From Octopus sinensis (taxonomy: Eukaryota), in NCBI RefSeq assembly GCF_006345805.1, contig NW_021831940.1, positions 1-34,730 on the forward strand: a DNA stretch of 34,730 nucleotides, written 5' to 3'. Under the pieces are notes generated by a model. It was not told the origin of the DNA and searched no databases. It saw only the letters and a list, made by a program, of their open reading frames with translations. A program made the translations under genes and the position numbers. Shown here piece by piece: positions 23,401-32,397 of this stretch (position 1 is its first letter; every line of letters begins with the position of its first letter).

Positions 23401-24241
23401 ACGCCATGCTGACGAGGTTCTTCTGGATCGCTTCCTGCCAAAAGGAGGTGAAATCCTGCTCTTTGAGTTTGCCGTTTGAGGGGAGACTTGTCTCCTGCAG
23501 CCCAGCAATATCTATGTTGATCCTCTTTAGTTCACGGTCAATGATGGCCTTTTTCCTTGTGTCTTCAACCCTGAGTAGATCATCAGATATTCCAGGGCAC
23601 ATGGTCCTCACATTCCAGCTTGCCAACCGCACAACTGGTGTTTTCTTGACTTTTAGTTGTTTGCCTGGTGCAGAGGTTGCAGGCCGCTTTTCAAGTCATA
23701 CTCTTAGCTTCAAGCACCCAATGAAGCAGGTGACCTGTGGCGGGTCAGCACCTTATTAACTGGCGGCTGCCCAGCTTGAGGTGGGCAGTAGCTAACCAAT
23801 AGGACACGAAGGTCCCTCCCACCGTCAGAGGTAACCCGTAGCGCCCATATTTTACGCCAATCTAAATAGACTTATCACTCGTGACTGTTACCTCCCGTGT
23901 TGATTCTGCAGCTTTTAACAGCAGCACTGAAGTGTCCTCTCCAGGTTTGCGCAGGCCTGGGCTATAGATAAGAAAGTCCTGAGTAACCCAATCGTCAGGT
24001 TTCCTCTCTCGACCTTGCTGATGTAGTCCAGTGGAGTGCAGTGCATTACGTTTGGCACCAGCTTGGTTGCAGGAGCTGCCGGAAGAGTGTCGAGTCGAAC
24101 ACTAGACCGCCTTCGGGGCTCCACTCCGGATTTCTTTGAAGGTTGTCTCCTTTCCGTAACCCTGGATAGGGGCCCATACCGGGTACTGTCAGCCGGAGCC
24201 AGCTGAGCCCGGAACTCGTGTCAGGCAGGGTCGTCACTCCC
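20427..24241 (-). mobile_element. Near full-length RTE (BovB-like) LINE with disrupted ORF
   Basis: RLASWNVRTMCPG, DIAGLQET, HGVGFAVRNSLL, NDNGQRLLEFC..LCITNTFF (EN); DANIITLYKNKGDR..NYRGISLLS, YPESQCGFR, GVKQGCVLAPTLFGIFF, MLFADDAALV (RT); RWLGHVSRMKDGRIPKDILYGEL; CGTCQRECLSRIGLHSH; 3' end ccattgtctcctgagacaaaaaggatgccaacc; GC-rich 5' UTR. Confidence 0.95.
24158..24241 (-). ncRNA. Candidate decayed HDV-like ribozyme at the RTE 5' end
   Basis: Minus strand: P1 GGAGU/GUUCC, P2 ACCCUG/CAGGGU, L3-like UGACACG, P4 GGGCUCA/UGGGCCC, J4/2-like CUAUC; P3 imperfect. Confidence 0.4.
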
Positions 24242-24356
24242 AGAAGTAGTGAAGAAGTTCGCTACCCACTACCTTTTCAAGTAATGTTAAATTATTATTA
24301 GATTTTTCATTCTTTTTCCTACGTTTGTTTTATGTTTATTTTCAGCCACTAATATT

Positions 24357-24509
24357 CATCATCATCAGCAGCAGCAGCGGCAATATCACTATCAGCAGTA
24401 GCAGAGGCAGTGGTAACAGCAGTAGTAAGGCAGCAGCAACAGCAGCAGTAGTAGAAGCAGAAGCAGCAGCAACAGTGGTAGCAATAGTAGCAGCAGTAGT
24501 GACAGCAGC

Positions 24510-24548
<39 letters not shown>

Positions 24549-24550
24549 TG
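24357..24550. repeat. (CAG)/(TAG) trinucleotide microsatellite
   Basis: Visible. Confidence 0.93.
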
Positions 24551-25137
24551 GTTAGCAAGAGGTAATCTATAAATAGATTCAGCAGATGGTGGCGAGGTCG
24601 GCCATAGAGTACATAGAGTACAAAGGACCCTTTGGGTCAAGAGAGGCCAAAACCAGTTGATACTGGGAGCGCTGGCTCGAAAAGCAATTCAACTTGTATT
24701 TGCAATTAATGGTAAGAAAATAATAATAACATATATATACACACACATACATATGCATATGTATACATACACACATACACACACATATTTTTTAAAATTC
24801 CTGAATCCAATTGTGTTGTTGCAATAAAAGTTGTAAAAGTTGTGTTTACATGTTTGGGTAATATATTTAAGTTTTTAAGTATATACATGTATATATTAGC
24901 AGGTGCTTACTTCCATAATTTTTCTTTTATCGTGCATTTAGTTGTGTTGTTACAATAAAAGGCATTTTTTCATATTCTGATAGGAAGAGGGGACGACAAG
25001 ATGTTCACACAGAATTGGGGATATTTATATTTCTAATTTTTTTGTTAGGTGTTCGTTTGTGTGTCCAAAGCTGTAGATATGTAAGTTCCTTAACTTATTT
25101 TGAGGGAAATTCAAATTACTCACAGAAAAAAAAAATT

Positions 25138-25341
25138 TATATATATATACATATATATTATGTGTGTGTATGTGTGTGTGTTGTATGTATGTATGTATGT
25201 ATGTATGTATGTATGTATTTATGTATGTATGTATGTATGTATGTATGTATATATATATAACGGATATTATGAATAAACAAAGACGAAGGCAGGTGAAAAC
25301 AATGACATTGTATTAGTATGTATTAGTATATATATATATAT

Positions 25342-25381
<40 letters not shown>
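25138..25381. repeat. (TA)/(TG)/(TATG)n microsatellites
   Basis: Visible. Confidence 0.9.
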
Positions 25382-25383
<2 letters not shown>

Positions 25384-25481
25384 AGGAACAGTTTCCATTC
25401 AATCATCAACTTACAGATAATACCAATTCATATTATTTATTAACTACTTAAATCCCACGCAGTATATATATATATATTGAT

Positions 25482-25661
25482 AGGCGTAGGAGCAGGTTTG
25501 TGATAAGTAGCTTGCTTTGGATTTGGGAGTCGAAAACTGAAAGAAGCCCGTCGTATATATGTGTATAAGTGCAGGAGTGGCTGTGTGGTAAATAGCTTGC
25601 TTACCAACCACATGGATTCGGGTTCAGTCTCACTGCGTGTCATATTGGGGAAGTGTCTTCT
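25482..25661 (+). mobile_element. Two adjacent CORE-type SINE fragments (internally deleted copy, then a 5' head)
   Basis: ggcgtaggag..taagtagcttgc..actgaaagaagcccgtcgta, then gcaggagtggctgtgtggtaa..gggttcagtctcactgcgtg..aagtgtcttct. Confidence 0.85.
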
Positions 25662-26160
25662 TTCAGAGTCATGTATTACTTGGAGTCACCCATTGTGTCA
25701 AGGCCTACCTCCTAGTCCTCCAACCCACATACAAGAACATCGCGAAATATGACGTTCCAAAGGCATTCCAATTTGAATTTGCAAACACCTCACTGTCATC
25801 TACGACACGCTGCAAATATCCTAACGGGTTCGTCCCCATCCAGGTACATTTGCTGTATCTGCACAGAAATGACAATCACATTTTCTTGGCGGAGAACCAT
25901 GGACTTAATGTGAGTGAGGACAGCTCGCTCATCGCTGGAGGCCAACGCATCGAACGCCTATGTAAAATCTTTTCTGAGGGTCTCGTTGCAGTATTCGTTA
26001 AGCTGAAAGACTACTTCGTTACACATAAGTCCACTAGCTTGTGTGTAGTCTGAACATCTCAGCTCAAAGTTAGCCCACTTTTTGCTAGATCCAGCTTCGG
26101 AGATGACGTTGCAGCGGACCTTCTCGGATAAGACTTTCATTGGAGTTGCCTGTTGCTAGG
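25658..26160 (-). mobile_element. Gypsy/Ty3 LTR retrotransposon gag remnant
   Basis: One frame with stops: KWANFELRCSDYTQASGL..VVFQLNEYCNETLRKDFT*AFDALASSDERAVLTHIKSMVLRQENVIV..QIQQMYLDGDEPVRIFAA..FRDVLVCGLED*EVGLD; QxxxEPVxxF and RDxLVxGL are gag motifs. Confidence 0.78.
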
Positions 26161-26329
26161 CATTCCGATGAGTACTGATGTCTACAAAGCAAGGCAAGGG
26201 TTAGAGGCAAAAAATGATCAACGAATAAAATTGTAACTGAAAGTTGAAGGAGAATTGTCGAATTCACGAACATTACGGTATTGAGTGCACTGACAGACAG
26301 TATACACAGTTCTGTTTCCTACTTCCTTA

Positions 26330-26810
26330 ACCGCCATTTTTCCTTCTGAATCTCACAAACAAGATCCCAAAAATTTTAACCACACATACATAGCAGGAGA
26401 TATCAGAAAGATCTTCTCCTTATGCAGCAACGGATATTATTATGTAGCCACTAGTACTTTTCATGATGTAAACATAATATCTTCACGAAATATATGTAAC
26501 AGGAAATTACTATATCCTTGGTTAACAGTAGAAGAGCTACATGTTGCCTTCCTTGCTCACATTCCTCCTATTGTAATAGGGAATGGGGCATGGTTGAATG
26601 CTTATTGCCAGGGGACGTGATATATAACAAGATATCTTCTACTTCACGATAGGAACAAGCCTTAATAGGAAAGTGCTGAGATGGAGGCGACACGGTGAAC
26701 GACGAATAGCCGATATAAGACGAGCAAGGTGACCCTATGTCGAAGTAATCGTGTACAAGAAAGAAGACGACGAACCCTGTAGCCCTAACACTAAACCTCA
26801 CGCTAAGACG
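26330..26810. repeat. Ancient unclassified repeat, copy A (copies B ~27985-28128, C ~28450-28960)
   Basis: Shared blocks gaatgggg, aggggacgtga, agatat.ttctac, ggaac; A and C also share ataagacga.caaggtg, gccctaa..taaacctcac. Confidence 0.8.
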
Positions 26811-27252
26811 CATGCATGCATACATACATACATACATACATATAGATGCACACACAATGCGCACACGTACAAACGCCCAACACAAGCACGTACACGCATA
26901 CACACACCTTAATGAAAACAGTACAGATATATCCACAAACACGTGTGCGTGTATTAAAGAAAAATACATGAGATAATTTTATATTTTGTCAGACTTTATG
27001 TTCCGAGTTCTAATACCGTCTGATTCGACTTCACTCCCATACCCTTGGGTCCATACATTATTCCTGCCACATTTATGATATTTCAGTTAAAATATCAGTT
27101 AAAAATTCAAAAATATAAATTCCTTTGTAAGGGAAGTAACACTAACATCTAAGATTTGTGAAAATACCAAGACTTTTTTTCAAGTTACCTCCCTTGCAAA
27201 CAAGAAAAATAACTCTTGCCATGACAAGTGTGAAAATATAATCCCCATTTGA

Positions 27253-28135
27253 AAACGATGGCCATAATTATAAACATCTTTATACCCAATTAAATGGTTA
27301 AGAACTTGCCCGTCTCTCACAGATACATTGAATCTTTTTTTCTTCTAAACAACACAACGTAATAGTATAGGTTGTTTTCCATTTCTCCAATATGAAGCAG
27401 ATAACATCGTTTCGATATGTTTCCATCGTGGTGCCTATATTTCCACACTTTTCTACAATTCTGAAGAATGCGGATGAATAACGAGGGTGGTACACACTTG
27501 GAGAGAAAAAAATGTTTGTCAGTTGAAGGAGTGATGTACAGAAATTGGCGGCTCGTGAACTTCGCAGATGATGGAACAGTCCCAGATATTCGTAGGATCA
27601 GGGCACCGATGATATCAATGGAGCTGCTCTGAGCGGCACTCAATGTTATGTTGACTACTTTAAGTTCACGCTAATCCAGGCCCTGTTTCAATAGGAGACT
27701 TTTCCCAGAGAGGCACAACTGGCATCCAGTGTCTGCCCATAGCAATGTAACGGATAACTTGGGTCGGTCGTGAAAGGGAAGTGGCGAAACCCGATGCCTG
27801 CGTCGGTTTGAATGAAGGTAGTGATGAAGGGATGGGTGTAGGAAGAGTATTGTATCCAGGACTCGCAAGGTTCATTATGCTCATGATGGTCAAAAATTAT
27901 TAGTTGGGTTGAGGATTCGTTAGGGAAGTCGACCAGAAACCATAGGCTGTTGAATATTGCAGATGTGTGGCCTTCTGAGTCCAGTAGTTAACAGTAGAAA
28001 TACGATGCCTTCCTTGGTTACATTTCTCCTACTGTAGTAGAGAATGGGGCATGATTCGATATTTATTACCAGGGGACGTGAAATATAATAAGATATATTC
28101 TACTTCTCGAAAGGAACAAAACTTGACATATATAA

Positions 28136-28171
<36 letters not shown>

Positions 28172-28437
28172 CTAGGTGTGTTTATTTAAATATATATGAG
28201 TTGGCAGAATTGTTCGAACGCCTGGCAAATAATTCTTAGCACTACTTCGTCAAAGTGTATGTACCAACTTCAGATTCCGCATGGGTCGACTTTATACCTT
28301 TGTTTCATCAATACAATGTATGTACTATTACGTTGTGTTGTCTAGAAAGGAAACGATTCAATGTATCCATGAGAGACAAGCAAGTTCTTAATCCATTTAA
28401 TTGGGTATAAAGATGTTTATAATTATGGCCATCGTTT
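27253..28437. mobile_element. ~1.2 kb segment bounded by ~115-bp inverted repeats; possible DNA transposon remnant
   Basis: 27253-27367 is the reverse complement of 28323-28437; interior minus strand has weak ITPS..FLSKC..RIVEKCG similarity to ISL2EU/Harbinger DDE transposases. Confidence 0.5.
28196..28302 (+). mobile_element. Decayed tRNA-derived SINE remnant (related remnants at ~24590-24670 and ~26985-27050)
   Basis: gagttggcagaattgtt..cgcctggcaaa..cttagc..ttcagattccgc..ggtcgacttt resembles a recalled cephalopod SINE. Confidence 0.5.
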
Positions 28438-28957
28438 ACAATTTTTTTAACTACTATTTCTGTAGTTCTTAATCCCCCGAATCAAGATCGAAGAAAACTG
28501 TTTAACCACAAATAAATAACAAGCGGTATTTGAAATATATCCTTACACTACAATGAGAATTATTATGTAACACCTCTTCCTTTTCGTGATTTAAACATAA
28601 CATCTTCATGAATACGTGTAGCAGGAGATCACCATGTCCAGAGGTTAAAAAATATGAGTAAAACTACATGTTACAATACCTGGTTACATTTCAACGATTC
28701 TAGTATGGAATGGGGTGTGATTAATCAATTATTTGTGACAAGGGGACGTGAAGTATAACTAGATATCTTCTACATCAAGAAGGAACGAAACTTGCTAAGG
28801 AAGAGATTAAAGTATTGACATGGAAGAGACAAGGTGAACGAAAAGTAGCAGACATAATAAGACGAACAAGGTGGACATAGGTCGAAGTAATTGTGTAGGG
28901 AAGAGAAAGAAGACAGAGACCACTAACACTATGGCCCTAAACTTAAACCTCACACTA

Positions 28958-29090
28958 ACACACACATAAATACATACACACGCGCGCAATACAAATGCAC
29001 ACACACATATCCGCGTGCGTGCGTGCGTGCGTGCGTGCGTGCATGCATCATACATTCATATATACATTCATACATACATACATACATACA

Positions 29091-29120
<30 letters not shown>
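28958..29120. repeat. (CA)/(GCGT)/(TACA)n microsatellites
   Basis: Visible. Confidence 0.9.
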
Positions 29121-29121
<1 letters not shown>

Positions 29122-29370
29122 TTGAGAATAATACTAGACCTCGAAATGGACCGCACTGCACTGTTCCAAAAAGTTCCAGCTGTCTCATCTTGGGATTCAA
29201 GGGAGCACTGCTATTTAACTCCTCACCAAAATATCGGAGGGATCTCTATGGAATCGGAGTAGATATTTTCAAGAAACAACTGGACTTCTTGCTAGCCAAG
29301 ATCACAGATAAATCAATATCAAGGCGAGAAACTCAAGAGGACAGCGGTATAAAACTCCTTCCTTCGCCAA
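29121..29370 (+). mobile_element. CR1-type LINE 3' fragment
   Basis: PRNGPHCTVPK..LGFKGALLFNSSPKYRRDLYGIGVDIFKKQLDFLLAKITD. Confidence 0.8.
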
Positions 29371-29869
29371 ATGCCAAACCCATAGAATCACACAGTTTGC
29401 ATGGTCGCTGGAGTGAAGGCAAGTGGCTTAGAGGTTAGGGGTATTCGGCTTAGATTTGGGTTGATATATTAATACATGCTGAGGTGGGAGAGAGAGGATT
29501 TTCTAAGTACCTTTAATTTTAATATGAGTGACAACACAAAACTTTGATATACTTGGCTGTTATTTCTGGCATCACGTAGGACCAGCAATTGTATATTATT
29601 CCTCCAGATGCTTCTTAAAGTCTCTTTCAATCTTTCATGCAAAACAATGCAGAATACAGTGTACTGAACTGTTATTTCTAGCATATTTCCCGACCACATG
29701 TAGGATAATATATTTGATAGACGCTTCGTCAAGTGTCCTGCTTTTATAAAACAAAAACTTTAGGAATTTCAAGGTGTTTGGTTGCTGTTTCACGAATGAT
29801 GCGAGACAATAGAGAGGTGAGATTCGTTTATAAAAGTCGAATTGGTTTGGGGAGGGAAACAATGATATT

Positions 29870-32279
29870 AAGGGAAAGAAAGAGAGTGAGAGAGAGAGAG
29901 AGTAAAAAGAAGGAAAGAATGAAAGAAAGTGTGTGAGAGAGAGAGAAAGAGAGAGAAAGGAAGAATGAAAAGAGAAAAAAAGAAGGAATGAAAGAAAAGA
30001 GAAAGGAGGGAATAAAGTAACGTGATTCTGTAATAATGCATGAAATGGGAGCGGAAGAAAGAAGAAAGAAAGAAGGAGAAAGAGGAGGAGGAGAAGGAAA
30101 GAAGAAAGAAGAAAAAAGAAAGAAGAAGAAGAAGAAAAAAGAAAGAAGAAAGAAAGAAGAGAAAGAAGAAGAAGGAAGAAAAAGAAAGAAATAAATAAAG
30201 AAAAAGAAGAAGGAAAGAAAGAAACAAAGAAAGAAAGAAAAAAGAAGAAAAGGCGGAAGAAAGAATAAAGAAGAAAAAAAAGAGGGAATGAAAGAAAGAA
30301 GAAAAAAGAAATAAAAGGAAAGAAGAAAGGGAGAAAAAGTAGTAAAAAGAAAGAACAAGAAGAATGAAAGAAGGAAAAAGAAAAAAAAAAAAAAGAAAAG
30401 AAAGAAATAAAAAGAAGAAAGAAATAATAAAGAAAGGAGAAGAAAGAAAAGGATAGAAGGAAAACGAAGGAAAGATAGAAGAATGAAGAAGAATAGAAGA
30501 GGAAAGATGAAAGAACAAAGAAGTAAAGATAGAAGGAAAAAGAGAGAAAAATAGAAAGAATGAAAAAAAAAAGGAAAAAGAAGAGAAAAAAGAAGAAAAA
30601 GGAGAAGATAAGAGCGGTGAGAGGGAGAGAAAAAGGAGACAAGGAAAGGAAAGAAGCAACGACAAAAAAGAAAGGAAGAAAAAGGAAAGAGGAAGATAAG
30701 AGCGAGAAAGAAAAAGAATAAGGTAAGAAGAAGGAAAAGAAAATAGAAGAAAAACAAAGAAATAACGAAAATAAAAGAGAGAGAAAGAAAGAAAGATAGA
30801 GAAATGAAGGAAGGAGAAAGAAAGAAAAAAGAAAGAAGGAGGAAAAAGAAAAAATAAGAGAAAGAAGAAAGAGAAAGAAGAAATAACGAATGAGAGAGTG
30901 AGAGGAAGAAGAAAGAAAGAAAAAGAAACAAGAAAGGAGAGAAAGAAGGAAGGAGAAAGAAAGAAAGACAGAAAATGAAGAAAACAAAAAGAAAGAAAGA
31001 AAGAAAGAAAGAAAGAAGAATAGAAAAATGAAAGAGATGGAAGAAGGAAAGAAATAAGGGAAGAAGAAAAAGAATAGGAAGAGAAGGAATGAAAACATAA
31101 AGAAAAAACAAGAATAGGAAATAAAGAAGAGAAGAAGGAATGAGAGAATGAAGGAAGAAAGAAAGAAGAAAGAAAGAAGAAAGGAAAGAAAGAAAGAATG
31201 AAAAAAGAAATGAAGAAGAAAGAAATGAGGGAAAGGAGGAAGAAAAAGAAAGAACAAACAAGAACAAATAAGAAAATTAAAAAAAGAAAGAAAGAAAGAA
31301 AGAAAGGAAGAAAGAAAAAATGAGGGAAATGAAGGAAGAAAGAAAGAAACAAAAAAACAAATAAGAATAAGGAAAGAAAGAAGAAAGAAAGAAAGAATAA
31401 AGAAAAAGAAAGAAAGAATGAAAGAAAGAAAAAAGAAAGAGGAAAGAAAGAAACTGAAAGAATAAAGAAAGAGAAAGAGTAAAGGAAACAAAGAAAGAAA
31501 GAAGAAGAGATAGAGAGAGAGGAGGCGACGTAATTCTGTAAAATGATGAGAAGAAAGATAGAGAAGGAGAGAGAGGGGAGGAAGGAGGAGGGATTAGAGA
31601 AATAAATGTTAAGAAGAGAGAGGAGTATGAGATGATAGAAAGAGTAAAAAGGCGGAGCATTAATATATAATAAGGTAATAAAGAGAGGGAGAGGGAGAGA
31701 GAGGGAGAAAGAGAGAGACAGACAGAGACACGGAAACAGAGAGAGAGACATAAGAAGCGAGAGGGAGAAAGAGAGAGACTGAAATAAAGAAATCAAGAGA
31801 GCAAAGAGAGAGAAAGACAGACATAGAGAAAGAGAGGGAGAGGGAAAGGGAGGAGAAAGGGAGGGAAAGAATGAGAGAATATTATATAAGGAGGTGGAGG
31901 GAGAGAGAGAATGATACATAGGTTTAGAAAGAGAGGGAGAGTGTGACGTGGGGCGGAGCGCAAAAGAGGTAGAGGGAGAGTACGAGATATGAGGTGGTAA
32001 AGAGGGAGGGAGAGAGACAAAAAGTGAGGGAGGGGGGAAACAGAGATGACGTATGAGATATATGCTTTGTGAGGGAGGGAGAGTAAGAGTTGAGAGAAAA
32101 CGAGGGATGAGGGAGGCGGGGTTAAACAATAACATAAATAAGTGAAAGAGGGGGAGGGAGAGGAGGAGAGAAGGAGAGGGAATGATGTGTGTGATAAGAG
32201 AGGGAGTCTATCATGTATTAGAGAAAGGAAGAGGGGAAGGATGAGGTATTAATACAGAATGAGGAAGGAGAGAGAAGAG
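29870..32279. repeat. ~2.4 kb purine-rich low-complexity tract (GAAA/GAA/GA/GGA)
   Basis: Plus strand is almost only A/G, especially 30050-31520. Confidence 0.97.
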
Positions 32280-32397
32280 TTTCGAAGTGTCCTTCATTTT
32301 CATATGAAACACAAAACCAAACTTTAACATACTTGGCTGTTATTTCTAGCATCCCCTATTGGACTATATTTCTCCACATGCTTCTTAAAGTGTCCTT

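Noticed and set aside
25637-26053. 138-aa plus-strand ORF as a host exon
   Set aside because: Antisense to the Gypsy gag remnant and starts within a SINE
29635-32135. 618-, 479- and 755-aa F/L/S-rich ORFs
   Set aside because: A polypyrimidine strand lacks stop codons by composition; no domain present
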